64,000 nt of DNA, taken from Escherichia coli (GTDB taxonomy: Bacteria > Pseudomonadota > Gammaproteobacteria > Enterobacterales > Enterobacteriaceae). This document shows positions 51,805-63,810 of the stretch, in pieces. The notes beneath the pieces were generated by a model. The model was given only the letters and a program-made list of their open reading frames with translations, had not been told where the DNA came from and did not search any database. The stretch lies in NCBI RefSeq assembly GCF_003790525.1, contig NZ_CP033635.1, one strand, 5' to 3'. Every line of letters starts with the position of its first letter. Position 1 is the stretch's first letter. The translations under genes were made by a program, and so were the position numbers.

Positions 51805-52629
51805 ATGTCAGAAAATGAAAACCTGCTGCTGAGATTGCGCCAGAGCGTTGATGGATATAGCCGAACACAACAGAAGCTGGGAGAGTTTGTACTTAGCGAT
51901 CCGGCAAAAGTTGTCTACCTGACGATTACCGAACTTGCGCGTGAAAGCGGCACCAGCGAGGCTAGCGTCACACGTCTGTGCCGAACGCTTGGGTGTAAGG
52001 GCTATAACGAATTCAAAATGGCGCTGGCACTCGATCTCCGACAAGTACAGTTTGTAGAGCACGGCGGTGATGAGATTGACAATGTGGTCAATGAATCCGT
52101 GCAAGCAATACAGGACACAGCAAAATTACTCGACAGAACCTTGCTGGAAGCAGCCGCGCTTGCACTGCATCAGGCTCAGTCAGTGCAGATTTATGGCGTA
52201 GCAGCCAGTGCCATTCTGGGGGAGTATTTACATTATAAACTCCTGCGTCTGGGGAAACCCGCACAATTGTTCAGCGATATGCATCGTGCTGCCATGAACG
52301 CCACAACACTTAGTAAAAACACGTTCGTGGTGGCGATTTCCAGTTCTGGATCCACGCGCGATCTGCTGCATGTCGTAAAACTAGCGCGTAAGCAAGGTGT
52401 GCGTGTACTGGCGCTGAGTAATACACCGCGCAGTCCGTTAGCTTCGCTGAGTGATATTCAACTGGTCGCGGCCAAACCGGAAGGACCCTTGAGTGCCGGC
52501 GCGCTGACTGCCAAAGTGGGAGTGATGCTGTTGGTAGAGCTACTCACCACATCGCTGATTGCGCTGGATGACCAGTACAGCGAGGTGAGCCAGAAAACAG
52601 CCAGCGCGACCCTACCGCTACTGCTTTAA
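51805..52629 (+). CDS. MurR/RpiR-family transcriptional regulator (HTH + SIS)
   Basis: 274 aa; N-terminal HTH, C-terminal SIS-like domain; divergent from the PTS-nanE operon. Confidence 0.75.
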   Translation: MSENENLLLRLRQSVDGYSRTQQKLGEFVLSDPAKVVYLTITELARESGTSEASVTRLCRTLGCKGYNEFKMALALDLRQVQFVEHGGDEIDNVVNESVQAIQDTAKLLDRTLLEAAALALHQAQSVQIYGVAASAILGEYLHYKLLRLGKPAQLFSDMHRAAMNATTLSKNTFVVAISSSGSTRDLLHVVKLARKQGVRVLALSNTPRSPLASLSDIQLVAAKPEGPLSAGALTAKVGVMLLVELLTTSLIALDDQYSEVSQKTASATLPLLL

Positions 52630-52785
52630 AGACATAAAAAACCGCCGAAGCGCTGGGTGCTCCCCATGAATCAGTGATAATAAACCAACATCATATTCTG
52701 GTAGGTTCTGGCGAGGTGATTAAAAACGGTGCTCAGCACCGTTCGTTTTAAAATTAGCGAGGAGTATCGTAAGATGCTCTTCCCC

Positions 52786-54129
52786 CTACTTCAGAAAATC
52801 CTTCACATCCAGTAGAATAAACTCGTTGTCATCCGCCATATTAGGCCAGCGGCTGGAGGAAAACGGGAAGTTATTATCGTTGCCTACGATGATGTGGTTA
52901 GTGTCAACCACATCCACGTTCTCGATGGTGAAGAACGGGAAGGTCAGCACACCGTCGTTCAGCGGCTTGCGTGCCAGCTTGTTCGGATCCTGAATCTTCA
53001 TCAGGTCAATATAGCCCAGTTTTTCGACAGGTTTTCCGACGTTAGTGTCCGAGAAAGCAATTTTATACACCCGTTTGAACCTGGCTACTTGACTGAAGCA
53101 GTTGTTGGTCGGCGCGCCGGCGACGCAGGCTTTATCCGCCGTGCCTTCGCCGTTATCACGCTCGATCACCAGTCCGTGGGTATCATCTATCATATTGAAG
53201 TCGCCGATGGCGTTCTGGTTGTCTTCCAGCACGTACTGCCAGCTGCGACCAGTCCAGGCCTGCTGTTTGGCATCGAACTCCAGCACACGCAGGTAGCGTT
53301 TTCCGCCAACGTTCTCGAACTGCTCACCGTCCCACAATGCCCCTTCCAGCAGCGGATACAGCTTACTGCCGTCCGGCGAGATGGCCATGCCTTCAAAGCC
53401 TTTGGAACGCGCCACCTGGAAGTTCAGCTTACCGTCCGGAGCGCTAGGTAGAGTCAGCGTCGGGTTGTCCGGCGATTTAACCACCTTACCGTCCACTTCT
53501 GTGTCGAACACCGCCAGCACCTTGCCGTTCAGGTCGGTCTTGATCAGGTAAGGACCGAACTCATCACCGATCCATAAGGCATCGTCGGAAAACTGGAAGC
53601 TTTCCGGATCAAAATCGCTGCCGGTCAGATAGCGTAGTTCGGTGCTCTCGTTGATGATGTGGAACGGCACCTTTTTATCCGGATCATGCAGGAACAGCGT
53701 CTTCAGCGGTACTACCGAGCCGTCTTTGAAATCTATCTTGTATTGGTTGAGGTACAGCATGGCGTCCGGGGAGTTGGCTTTGCTGCCGAAGCCATTGTCA
53801 GTCAGCACCCAATAGGTACCGTCGGGCATGTGTTTGATACCTGAGTGGCCCTGCAACGGCTGACCATTGATCGGCAGGCTGAGTCCTGTCAGGCGTTCTG
53901 CGGATTTGCCCGCTACGCTGCCCAGCTCGGTGACGCGTTTGCCGCTGGTGTATTTGCCGCTCTGTTGCAAATCGCCCGGCGCATCCTTCGGTGTTGAAAC
54001 AGCGGATTTTGCCGGCAGAATTGCATGCCCGGCCAGCGTTGCCTGCACCGGCTGCGCTTTGGCCCACAGGTTGGCGCTCAGAGCCATGCAGCCAACCAGT
54101 ATAGCCAGCCGGATTTTGGAGGTGTGCAT
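52786..54129 (-). CDS. Secreted hypothetical protein (possibly phytase-like esterase family)
   Basis: 447 aa; signal peptide MHTSKIRLAILVGCMALSANLWA. Confidence 0.4.
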   Translation of the reverse strand: MHTSKIRLAILVGCMALSANLWAKAQPVQATLAGHAILPAKSAVSTPKDAPGDLQQSGKYTSGKRVTELGSVAGKSAERLTGLSLPINGQPLQGHSGIKHMPDGTYWVLTDNGFGSKANSPDAMLYLNQYKIDFKDGSVVPLKTLFLHDPDKKVPFHIINESTELRYLTGSDFDPESFQFSDDALWIGDEFGPYLIKTDLNGKVLAVFDTEVDGKVVKSPDNPTLTLPSAPDGKLNFQVARSKGFEGMAISPDGSKLYPLLEGALWDGEQFENVGGKRYLRVLEFDAKQQAWTGRSWQYVLEDNQNAIGDFNMIDDTHGLVIERDNGEGTADKACVAGAPTNNCFSQVARFKRVYKIAFSDTNVGKPVEKLGYIDLMKIQDPNKLARKPLNDGVLTFPFFTIENVDVVDTNHIIVGNDNNFPFSSSRWPNMADDNEFILLDVKDFLK

Positions 54130-54549
54130 GTCATACTCTCCTTTCGTTGTTATCGCCCAGAAGTAAAACTAACGTCATTGTAGGGAGCAGAAATGACAGA
54201 AATATTATGATTACGGTAGGGATAGCCGTTGCCGGCTTCCCCGCCATGTCAACGCCGGTATTTATGGTTTCTGTTTGCTTTTCTGTAAAAATAAAGGGGA
54301 GAGACGACGGTACTATAAACAACCATGATGAATCTCATCTATTCGGCCCAGATGAAAGACGCGAGTGAGGCTCTTGTTCGTTAAGCGGATACGTATATCC
54401 TGTACAATAATCAGATATACCTCACGGGGTCTAACACTTTATCATCAACGAGTTGCAGATCAGATAGTCATACGGTTGCTGCGTGCTTTAGCTGGCTGAA
54501 TACAGCCTGAAATCATCACCGTAATGACATGATGCCCAGCACAGCCTTA

Positions 54550-55200
54550 CCTTTCTGGCGGCGATGGCCACAACAGCGCGTCAGTATTCTCTGCGTTCAA
54601 CCAGTGAACAGACCCAACGACTGAATGAGTCAGTCCTTTTCTCAGCACCAATCAGTACTGAACGAGCCCCCTGAACCAGAAGCATTCGCAGATACGAATC
54701 ACCGGCTTTTGTTATCCTGCCCAGCTTCGACATTCAGCCGCTGCTGTATTGTGATAGCGTCAGCCCAGCCAGGCTGCCAGTTGCCGTCCCTTTTTAAAAT
54801 CATGTGCATTACCGATACAGGCAACCAGCGCACAGGCTGTTGTGGGACCAACTCCTTTTAGCTCCATCAGCTGTTTAATACGGATATCATCCCTTGCAGC
54901 CTCATGAAGACGGTGGTCATGAGACGATATGAGTTCATTTTACTCTGACAGTTCGCACAACAAACGGATGAAGGGTCATTCCACTGCCCCTGGACAGTAT
55001 TCCCTGCTGGATTTTACGCACGTGCCTTATCCCCACAGGCAGCAGCAGACCAAATTCACTCAACAGCCCCCGGATTTCATTACGCAACGCCGTTCGCTCG
55101 CGGATGATTCTGGCCCGGACCCGGTATTCTTCCTGTAACGTCTGCTGGGATTCCGATATGAAAACAACAAATCGCATGCCGGGCCTGCTGACGGCCTCAC
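54550..55200. mobile_element. IS110-family transposase remnant
   Basis: Fragmentary frames (e.g. RNEIRGLLSEFGLLLPVG) typical of IS110-family C-termini; no intact ORF. Confidence 0.4.
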
Positions 55201-55623
55201 AGATGGCAGCTGCATTATTAGCGTCGTTTTTGTTACCTTTGAGATAAGATTTGACAAGTTTCTACGGAATAATGCGCACGGTAGGCCCCATACGGAATGA
55301 GTTCCCGTGCCCAGAATGGGAAGAGCCACAGACTTCGATGCTGATGAGGCAGGGAGAAAGCCCGGAGAAAAACGTCATCATGTGGGGAGGGCTCAGCGTT
55401 TTTCTCCGTACCACTATTCATTGTGATCAACGCCGTGGATTTGAAAAACATTTTTCGGCAAGATCGAAACCAATACGATTAATATTCATGACTGACTTCT
55501 CCACCAGGGAACTGGGTACATCTCAGTCTGGAACGTTGATGCCGTAAGGAGGAAGATGTCAATCACATCGGCCTACACGCGATGTTAGCTCAGATAGGCG
55601 AAACGTATCCGACATTACACTGG

Positions 55624-56940
55624 TTAAGACTTCGTCGATTTCTCAAAGCGGCGTAGTAACTGATTCCCACGCTCAACGGCGGTATCCAGCGCCTGCTGTG
55701 GCGTCTTCTTACCGGTCCACACGCTCTCAAGCTCTTCATCCACAATCGCTCTGATCTGCGGCATGTTGCCCAGACGTAGTCCTTTGGTGAACGGTAACGA
55801 CGGTTTGTTCAGCATCTGACGTGTCGCGATATCCGCCCCTGGGTTTTTCTCATAAAAGCCCTGCTCACGGGTCAGGTCATACGCCGCTTTGGTGATTGGC
55901 AGATAACCGGTTTTCTGATGCCACTCGGCAGCATTTTCTGGCTTCGCGAGGAAGTCGAGGAACTTCGCCACGCCGGTATACGTTTCTTTATCTTTGCCCT
56001 GCATCACCCACAGGCTGGCTCCGCCGATAATGGCGTTTTGTGGTGCATCTTTCGCGTCAGCGTCGTAAGGCATCATGCCTACGCCGTAGTTGAATTTGGC
56101 GTACTCGCGAATGCTGGCAAGAGAACCAGAAGAGGCAGTCGTCATTGCGCAATCACCGTTATAGAACTTCTCGGTGGATTCATCCTTACGCCCGACGTAG
56201 CTGAAATCGCCTTTCTTGTTCATCTCTTCGAGCATGGCGATGTGTTTCACCTGCTCCGGCTTGTTGAACTCCAGCACCGCATCTGTGCCGTCAAAGCCGT
56301 TGTTTTTGCTGGCAAACGGCAGACCGTTCCAGGCGCTAAAGTTTTCCAGTTGGATCCAGCCCTGCCAGCCGCTGGAGTAGCCGCACTTCATACCGGAGGC
56401 TTTCAGTTTCGCGGCATAGTCCGCCAGATCCTGCCAGGTTTTCGGCGGCTGTTCCGGGTCTAATCCTGCTTTCTTGAAAGCATCTTTGTTGTAATAGAGA
56501 ACAGGAGTCGAGCTGTTGAACGGCTGGGAGAGTAAGTGTCCCGTTTTGCTGTCGGAGTAGTAGCCTGAAACCGTCGGCACAAACTGCGACTCATCAAAGT
56601 TAATCCCCGCCTCTTTAAACACGTCATACACCGGTTTAATGGCTTTCGACGCCATCATGGTGGCGGTGCCAACTTCATAAACCTGCAAAATAGCCGGAGC
56701 GTTACCGGTACGAAATGCTGCGATCCCCGCACTTAAACTCTCTTCGTAGTTGCCTTTATAAGTCGGTATAATTTTGTAATCCGGGTTTTCGGCGTTAAAA
56801 CGTTGGACCAGAGAATTCACCTCTTTACCCAGTTCCCCTTCCATAGAGTGCCAGAACGGAATGGTCGTCACTGCCTGTGCATTCCCCATTAACGTCAGTC
56901 CGAGCACCAGTGCTGAAGCTGTATAATGTAACGGTTTCAT
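55624..56940 (-). CDS. ugpB: sn-glycerol-3-phosphate ABC transporter periplasmic binding protein
   Basis: 438 aa, [23 protein letters not shown]...; near-identical to E. coli UgpB as I recall; no ugpAEC downstream. Confidence 0.85.
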   Translation of the reverse strand: MKPLHYTASALVLGLTLMGNAQAVTTIPFWHSMEGELGKEVNSLVQRFNAENPDYKIIPTYKGNYEESLSAGIAAFRTGNAPAILQVYEVGTATMMASKAIKPVYDVFKEAGINFDESQFVPTVSGYYSDSKTGHLLSQPFNSSTPVLYYNKDAFKKAGLDPEQPPKTWQDLADYAAKLKASGMKCGYSSGWQGWIQLENFSAWNGLPFASKNNGFDGTDAVLEFNKPEQVKHIAMLEEMNKKGDFSYVGRKDESTEKFYNGDCAMTTASSGSLASIREYAKFNYGVGMMPYDADAKDAPQNAIIGGASLWVMQGKDKETYTGVAKFLDFLAKPENAAEWHQKTGYLPITKAAYDLTREQGFYEKNPGADIATRQMLNKPSLPFTKGLRLGNMPQIRAIVDEELESVWTGKKTPQQALDTAVERGNQLLRRFEKSTKS

Positions 56941-57073
56941 CGTTTATCTCTCTTGCTTGTTGTACCTGATGAGCGAATTCACACGTTTCATGCTCGTGGG
57001 ATTAAATATCATGCCCGAATTGCAGAAAAATAACTTTTTTATTACATGTGTTAGACAGTAAAGTGTTAGAAAG

Positions 57074-57412
57074 ATGACAGAGCAGTGACGGCACAGGTGA
57101 GACGTGGTGGATTGAATTTGATCCTGCTGTTGACAGTGAAATCCGCAAGACATGTCCGGCAGTGATCGTGAGCAATGACGCAGCAAACAGGAACCTCGCT
57201 CGAGTAGTCGTCGTTCCTCTGACCAGTAACACAGAGCGAGTGTATCCAAGTGAGGCTGTTGTGACCGTAGGTGTCAGAGCAGCAAAGCGATTGTAGAGCA
57301 GATTATGGCGGCGGATAAGTCCTGTCTCAAAACACATATTGGCTCGTTGTCCAAAGCAGATATGTTGTCTGTTGAGGACGCAATCAAGATCCATCTTGGT
57401 TTACTGCGGTAA
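57074..57412 (+). pseudogene. MazF/PemK-family toxin, frameshifted
   Basis: Frames WWIEFDPAVDSEIRKTCPAVIVSNDAANRNLARVVVVPLTSN and SKAIVEQIMAADKSCLKTHIGSLSKADMLSVEDAIKIHLGLLR are offset by 1 nt; no in-frame start. Confidence 0.65.
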
Positions 57413-58129
57413 CGCCATGTGAATCTGTCGGCTACCGCCATTAGTGACGGAATTTTCTGTGGGGCAGCGTACCAATGGCATTCGGTTAAGTTCTTGCTGG
57501 AGCATCAAAAGAGTTCCAGCGCGTTCTGGGCCGTACATATTTTCGTGGGTAACACCTCCCTGGCCTTACTCGCTGAGTCATACAACTGCGATCGATTCAG
57601 ATGCCATTTTGCAATCAGCCTCTCAGAAAGAGCGCAACAGAATGATTTTAAATGTTTTCCTGTTACCCGAATCAGTAAAGACAAGTACCTCACTACGAGA
57701 AACAAGCAGTTTTTGAAATTAAAATTTTGTTTATTTCTACTACTACCGATGAAAACGTTATTATCTTAATAATTAATGTCATTTCAGGATATCCATGTAA
57801 GGTTAAGTAATAATATATGAGCCTGTATTTTTATTTTACATCTTTCTCACTCTGTGAATGAAAATATTCAATAGAAAATTTGATTTGAATAATTTATATA
57901 ACTCTTCTATATTACATCAATGCCGATAGAAATCGTAAAAAGCTTCGTTTTCATAAAAATTTCTTTCAATAATATTTGTAGCTGGACCAGCCCCTTGAAA
58001 CGCCAGATAGTGGATGTATCTTAAAATAAGAGACAGGCTTGGATATATGTCTGACACTGGTTCTAATTTTGAGATGACTGGAACTTTGCCGGGGCTGTAG
58101 CTTCGTAAACGTAAAACTCCTCAGGAAAA

Positions 58130-58580
58130 AATTGGCATTATTCAGCAGACAATGGAGCCTGGCATGGCGGTGTCACATGTGGCGCGTTTGCGTTGTATTC
58201 AGCCCTGCCTGTTGTTTAAGTGGAAAAACAATCTCTGGAAGGAAGTCTCACTGCTGTTGCTTCAGGAGAGGGTGTCGTTCCTGCCTCAGAACTGCCTGCC
58301 GCTATAAAACAAATAAAAGAGTTACAGCTCTTGCTGGGTAAAAAACCATGGAAGTTTAGATCCTCAAAGAAGTGGTGGAGTATGCGCAATCGCGAAAATG
58401 GATAGCGCATGTGCCCTTGTTACCTTCGGACAAGGAATAGCCCCGGTAAGCCGTGTTCTGGGCGATACTCAGGCGGCAGTCCCTAAATGAAGGACTACCG
58501 TTAGTGAATGCAAAGCGCGTTTACCGTAAGCGTAAACTGACCGCCGTATGTAGCCATCAGACGAGAATTGGTAACTTAGA
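58130..58580 (+). mobile_element. IS2-like (IS3 family) orfA remnant with start of orfB, degraded
   Basis: Frames [34 protein letters not shown] and [12 protein letters not shown] resemble IS2 InsC; multiple frameshifts. Confidence 0.55.
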
Positions 58581-58695
58581 CGCCCATCTGATATAGACGG
58601 ACATCTAAGTATGGAATTACAGGACTGGCGAAAAGAACCTCGTAAAAACTATTTGAACCGCCCCGGGTTTCCTGGAGAGTGTTTTATCTGTGAAC

Positions 58696-59586
58696 TCAGG
58701 CTGCCAGATCATCGTTTCCGATGGAAGCATAATAAGCTTTTTCTGCTTCTGCCGGTGGGATATGGCCCAGCCTTTCCAGCAATCGTCGATTGTTATACCA
58801 GTCCACCCACGTGAGTGTGGCCAGCTCCACTTCTGTCCGGTTTTTCCAGCTCTTACGGTGTATTACCTCCGCTTTGTAAAGGCCATTGATGCTCTCCGCC
58901 ATCGCGTTGTCATACGAGTCACCAGTACTTCCTGTTGATGCCAGTAATCCGGCTTCCTTAAGCCGCTGTGTGTAGGCCAGCGATACATACTGAGAACCTT
59001 TATCACTGTGATGGACTGTGCCGGACGGTCGACGGGCCCATAACGCCTGCTCCAGAGCATCCAGCACGAATGTCGTTTCCATAGACGATGAGACCCGCCA
59101 CCCCACGATGTATCCGGCAAACACATCAATGATGAACGCCACATAGACGACCCCCTCCCATGTGCTGACGTAAGTAAAATCAGCCACCCACAACTGGTCA
59201 GGACGTTCTGCCACAAACTGACGGTTTACGCGGTCGCCTGCGGCAACGGCTTTCCGGCTGACGGTAGTGCGGACCTTTTTACCCCGGAGAACACCGGCAA
59301 GTCCCATAACCGCCATGAGGCGCGCCACTGTACATCTGGCTACCCTGATTCCTTCCCGTAACAACTGACGCCAGACTTTACGCACACCGTATACCTGATG
59401 ATTCCCATCGTATACGCGCAGTATCTCTTTCTTCAGCCAGTCATCGCGCTGCGCACGGGCACTGCGTTTATAAGGATGATGTCGCTGTTGCTGACAGTGG
59501 TAATACGTTGACGGGGCAATATGTAGTTCACTGCATACCGGTCCGACCCCGTACAGCTTACGCAGCTTATCCAGCAGTGGCATCAC
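58696..59586 (-). CDS. IS3-family transposase OrfB (DDE integrase domain)
   Basis: 296 aa; DDE catalytic core (WVADFTY...HHSDKGSQY...). Confidence 0.85.
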   Translation of the reverse strand: MMPLLDKLRKLYGVGPVCSELHIAPSTYYHCQQQRHHPYKRSARAQRDDWLKKEILRVYDGNHQVYGVRKVWRQLLREGIRVARCTVARLMAVMGLAGVLRGKKVRTTVSRKAVAAGDRVNRQFVAERPDQLWVADFTYVSTWEGVVYVAFIIDVFAGYIVGWRVSSSMETTFVLDALEQALWARRPSGTVHHSDKGSQYVSLAYTQRLKEAGLLASTGSTGDSYDNAMAESINGLYKAEVIHRKSWKNRTEVELATLTWVDWYNNRRLLERLGHIPPAEAEKAYYASIGNDDLAA

Positions 59587-59909
59587 TTTTTCCAGAGGCG
59601 GTCGAACTCCGCCTTCGCAAAATAAGCGGAAGCCTGGCGAAGGATATCGTTACTGCGGCGCAGTTCACGATTTTCACGTTCCAGCTCTTTCAGACGCTGA
59701 CGTTCAGCGGTGGTGAGCCCGCCATCACCGCCTCCGGTATCCCGCTCATGCTGGCGTACCCAGACACGCAGAGTCTCCGGTGTACAGCCAATCTTTGGGG
59801 CAATGGAACAAATTGCCGCCCACTGTGAGTCATATTCGCCCTGACTTTCCAGAACCATACGAATCGCCCTCTGACGGACTTCGGGGGAAAAACGAGTATT
59901 TTTAGTCAT
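59583..59909 (-). CDS. IS3-family transposase OrfA
   Basis: 108 aa; HTH and leucine zipper ([16 protein letters not shown]). Confidence 0.85.
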   Translation of the reverse strand: MTKNTRFSPEVRQRAIRMVLESQGEYDSQWAAICSIAPKIGCTPETLRVWVRQHERDTGGGDGGLTTAERQRLKELERENRELRRSNDILRQASAYFAKAEFDRLWKK

Positions 59910-59914
59910 TCTGT

Positions 59915-61003
59915 TTACCTCTTTCTCAGGGAGTTTAGTCTCCAGGATTCCCGGGGCGGTTCAACTTGTGATTTTTTCCCTTTTGCTGTCAGAGTTCGGT
60001 AACGAGAACACAATCGTTGTTGAGCTTTCCATGCAATATCTTTGGAATATTGTGTTACAGAGTCCGGTCGGTAATATATAAGCCATGCACCAACTTTTGC
60101 AGGTGTACGATAAGACCAGGCGGCTTCGTAAAGCAGACGTCTCAGTTCGCTGTTTCCAACTTTTGTTATTCCTCTGGGACGAATACTGTTTCCACTGGAA
60201 TATTCACCTGGCACCAGTCCCAGAAAAGCCATGAGCTGTTTGGGATTGGAAAATCGCGAAAAATCACCCAGTTCAGCAACCAGGGTTATTGCAATTAGCT
60301 GACCAACACCTTTTAGAGCCTGCAACTGGCAGACCAGATTGCACAGAGACCACTCAGGTAACAGGCGAGATATTTCCTGGTCGAGTTGAAGTATGCGATC
60401 TTCAATCTGCTCCAGACTTTGACAATAGTGTTGAAAAGCAATCTGCTGAGATGGCTGACTAAATGATTGATTAGCTAACCAGGTTCGATGTTTGCCGGTC
60501 CAGTGCTTCCCTGCATAACGTTTGTCTGTTCGCAATAGCATGCTCAGAATTCGCTGTCGGGCAACTCTGCTGTCTCGTTTAGCTGCTGCACGGGCTCTGA
60601 TTAGATCCCGCATAGCTTCATGAGTCAGGTCAGGGATCCAGACAGGGGTAAGTTCACCAGCCCGCAGTAACCTGGCAAGAGAAATTGCGTCCCGATGATC
60701 ATTTTTGATTCTGTCTGTCGGTGATTTTGGTATCCGGGAAGGGGCAATAACCTGGCATTTTATATTCATCGCTGTGAGTTGATGATATAGCCCAAAACCA
60801 CAGGGGCCAGCCTCATAGCAGGAAAGAATGTTTCCGTAAAGTCCCTGCAATTTTTGAAATAATCGACGTACAGCCTGGGCTTCGTTGTTAATCGTACCAT
60901 AATAACGAACTTCGCCAAGCCGTTCAGGTGCAGCAATAGCAACCGCCAACGTTTCTTTATGTACATCCAGCCCGATGTAAGCTGCAATATTTTCCGAATG
61001 CAT
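59915..61003 (-). CDS. IS110-family transposase, 3' end replaced by IS629 sequence
   Basis: 362-aa ORF; last ~16 codons lie inside the IS629 terminal repeat (<=59963). Confidence 0.7.
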   Translation of the reverse strand: MHSENIAAYIGLDVHKETLAVAIAAPERLGEVRYYGTINNEAQAVRRLFQKLQGLYGNILSCYEAGPCGFGLYHQLTAMNIKCQVIAPSRIPKSPTDRIKNDHRDAISLARLLRAGELTPVWIPDLTHEAMRDLIRARAAAKRDSRVARQRILSMLLRTDKRYAGKHWTGKHRTWLANQSFSQPSQQIAFQHYCQSLEQIEDRILQLDQEISRLLPEWSLCNLVCQLQALKGVGQLIAITLVAELGDFSRFSNPKQLMAFLGLVPGEYSSGNSIRPRGITKVGNSELRRLLYEAAWSYRTPAKVGAWLIYYRPDSVTQYSKDIAWKAQQRLCSRYRTLTAKGKKSQVEPPRESWRLNSLRKR

Positions 61004-61039
61004 AATGACCTCCTCTGGAATATCCCACCAATGCTATAG

Positions 61040-61252
61040 TGAGTATATAAAGGTCATACCATCTTTATGTTCTTTGGCAGCGATCACGGCGGCGAGCGTG
61101 GAGCACTGTTGTACGGGCTGATCGGCACCTGCCGTCTGAACGGTATCGATCCGGAAGCGTATCTGCGCCATATCCTGAGCGTACTGCCGGAATGGCCTTC
61201 CAACCGAGTTGATGAACTCCTGCCATGGAACGTAGTACTCACCAATAAATAA
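61040..61252 (+). pseudogene. IS66-family transposase C-terminal fragment
   Basis: ALLYGLIGTCRLNGIDPEAYLRHILSVLPEWPSNRVDELLPWN resembles the conserved IS66 TnpC C-terminus. Confidence 0.5.
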
Positions 61253-61269
61253 GCGTCAATACGGTGCTC

Positions 61270-61900
61270 CGTTGACGCTTACCGTTTACCGGATAATGAG
61301 CGAAAATATCCTGTTGTTACATGACAAACCATCACGACCGCAGCGGGAACATAAAGGCCGAATATCGGTAAGGAAAGCGACCAGCGTTGATGTTCTGATG
61401 GCTTTGAGTTCGGTTGCGATGATGGCGAAAAAGTCCGGGTTACGTTCGCTCTGGACTGTTGCGATCGTGAAGCTATCGACTGGGCATCCAATACGGGAGG
61501 TTACAATAAAGCGACAGTGCAGGATGTGATGTTAGGAGCGATAGAAAAACTCTTTGGCGATAAAGTACCGGAACAGTCCATCCGGTGGTTGACAGATAAC
61601 GGTTCAGCGTATAGAGCGCATGAAACACGGCAGTTCGCCAGAGAGTTGGATCTGGAGCCCTGCACAACGGCAATCAGCAGCTCTCAGAGTAATGGAATGG
61701 CAGAAAGGTTAGTGAAAACGATGAAGGAAGACTACATTGCGTTCATACCGAAACCGAATGTAATAACGGCATTGCATAACCTTGCATAGGCGTTCGAGAA
61801 TTACAATGAGAACCACCCGCATAGTGCGAGAATTCATCGTTCGTGTCCATCAATAGATGGACGCGATTGTTGCCAGACAGGACAACCACCACAAGACGGC
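61270..61900 (+). pseudogene. IS2-like orfB remnant (DDE transposase), frameshifted
   Basis: Frames [52 protein letters not shown] and AFENYNENHPHS match IS2 InsD segments across different frames. Confidence 0.6.
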
Positions 61901-61961
61901 ACAGAAGGAGCGCTTACGATGAATTTTACCGGACAATAAAAATTGTCCGGCTATTAATTAT

Positions 61962-63263
61962 TTACATCAGCCCTAGAAATTGTGGGATAAATAAAGAGAT
62001 TTGTGGAATGTAAGTGATCATCATCAATGCGACTAGCAATGCTGTATAAAAGGGTAGCAATGGTCTAAGCAAATGTTGAATCTTCACACCTGAAATAGAA
62101 CAACCAACAAATAGCGCACTACCCACCGGCGGTGTTAACAGCCCAATACAAAGGTTGGCCACCATCATAATACCGAAATGTACCGGATCCATTCCCAGCT
62201 CTTGTGCAATCGGCAAGAAGATTGGTGTGAAGATTAGTACAGCCGGTGTCATGTCCATAAAGATGCCGACAATTAATAAGACGATATTAATCAGCAGCAA
62301 TATGACCAGTGGGTTATCAGAAATCCCCATCAACGCGTCGCTGATCATATAAGGAATATCAGCATTGGTCATTGCCCAGGACATGCCCACGGAAAAACCG
62401 ATCAACAGTAATACAATCGAAGTGGTAACAACCGACTCCAGAATCAGTTTGGGTAAATCGCGCCATTTTACTTCCCGGTAAATCAGCACCGAGAGAATAA
62501 ATGTGTAGACCACGGCAATTGCTGACGCTTCAGTTGCGGTAAAAATGCCGCCCAGAATGCCGCCCATTACAATGAACACCAGAAGCAAACTTGGTAAGGC
62601 ATCCAGAAACGCTTTACATGCCTGAGCAAAGGTTGCTCTTTCTGAAAGTGGGTAGCCACGGCGTTTAGCAATAATGCCGCAGACTATCATTACCGCGAGA
62701 CCCATTAAGATCCCTGGCAAATATCCCGCCATAAATAGCGATGCTACAGAAACGCCGCCAGCTGTCAGGGAAAATACAATTAACACGTTTGAGGGCGGTA
62801 TCAGTAATCCAGTAATACAAGATGAGACGTTTACAGCGGTAGAAAATGCCGGATCATAACCTTCTTTGGTCTGAATGGGATTCAGTGTGCCACCAACGGC
62901 AGCAGCTGCCGCAACGGCTGAACCAGAAATGGAACCAAACATCATATTCGCCAGGACGTTCACATGACCAAGCGAACCAGGAACGCGGCCAACCATTACC
63001 TGGGCGAGGTTAATCAAACGTATCGCAATACCGCCGCTGTTCATCAGTGTTCCGGCAAAGATGAAAAAGGGGATTGCCAACAGGGCAAAGTTATCCAGTC
63101 CATTAGCCAATCGTTGCGAAACAGTGATTGCCGCGATATCCCAGGGAAACATCAACAGCATTGAAGCTACAGTCGCAATACCGATTGAGAACGAAATGGG
63201 CACACCAATAAAGACCAGCACAAAAAAACAGCCAAATAGTGTAAGCGCGATATAACTATCCAT
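61962..63263 (-). CDS. TRAP transporter large permease (DctM family)
   Basis: 433 aa, polytopic membrane protein. Confidence 0.85.
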   Translation of the reverse strand: MDSYIALTLFGCFFVLVFIGVPISFSIGIATVASMLLMFPWDIAAITVSQRLANGLDNFALLAIPFFIFAGTLMNSGGIAIRLINLAQVMVGRVPGSLGHVNVLANMMFGSISGSAVAAAAAVGGTLNPIQTKEGYDPAFSTAVNVSSCITGLLIPPSNVLIVFSLTAGGVSVASLFMAGYLPGILMGLAVMIVCGIIAKRRGYPLSERATFAQACKAFLDALPSLLLVFIVMGGILGGIFTATEASAIAVVYTFILSVLIYREVKWRDLPKLILESVVTTSIVLLLIGFSVGMSWAMTNADIPYMISDALMGISDNPLVILLLINIVLLIVGIFMDMTPAVLIFTPIFLPIAQELGMDPVHFGIMMVANLCIGLLTPPVGSALFVGCSISGVKIQHLLRPLLPFYTALLVALMMITYIPQISLFIPQFLGLM

Positions 63264-63775
63264 TAACTGGCCTCCTGCGCAGGTTGTTTCAGTTGTTGAA
63301 TGCTTTGATTAATAAAACACAAGGCATAAAACATCATCACCAATCCACTTAATGGCAGAATGATATATACGTATCCCATCGGTATTTGCATCGCGGCAGA
63401 TACCTGTGATGTTGCCAGTGTTTTATCAATTAATTTCAGGCCACCAGTCACAATGACCGAACCGGCAAAACCTAAAATGAGAATGTTAATGACTATACTA
63501 AGAAGTAATTGCTTGCGCTTATTCAGGGCGAGAGCAAATAAATCGATAGAGAGATGTCTCTGCGCGCCGACGGTATATGCAGCACCTAATAATCCTACCC
63601 AGATCATCAAAAAGCGTGCCAGCTCATCGGTTAATGTACTTGGCTGGTTAAGTACGTAGCGGCTAAATACTTGCCAGACTACGCATACAACCAGAGCAAG
63701 CATGACGGCGACAGAAAACGCGGCAATGACGCGGTCTACCGCAAGTTTCAGGCGGTTAAATATCATTGTAAGCAT
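63263..63775 (-). CDS. TRAP transporter small permease (DctQ family)
   Basis: 170 aa with 4 hydrophobic segments; stop overlaps the dctM start. Confidence 0.75.
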   Translation of the reverse strand: MLTMIFNRLKLAVDRVIAAFSVAVMLALVVCVVWQVFSRYVLNQPSTLTDELARFLMIWVGLLGAAYTVGAQRHLSIDLFALALNKRKQLLLSIVINILILGFAGSVIVTGGLKLIDKTLATSQVSAAMQIPMGYVYIILPLSGLVMMFYALCFINQSIQQLKQPAQEAS

Positions 63776-63810
63776 CCTGGAAAATCAGGGCCAGAGACTG
63801 GCCCGAAATA

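Larger units (their letters stand above)
58654..59963 (-). mobile_element. IS3-family element (IS629-like), complete, 1310 bp
   Basis: Terminal inverted repeats TGAACCGCCCCGGG at 58654 and (reverse complement) 59963; orfA and orfB overlapping in the -1 frame. Confidence 0.85.

Noticed and set aside
52894-53451. 185-aa plus-strand ORF
   Set aside because: Antisense within the secreted protein gene at 52786..54129.
55918-56463. 181-aa plus-strand ORF
   Set aside because: Antisense within ugpB.
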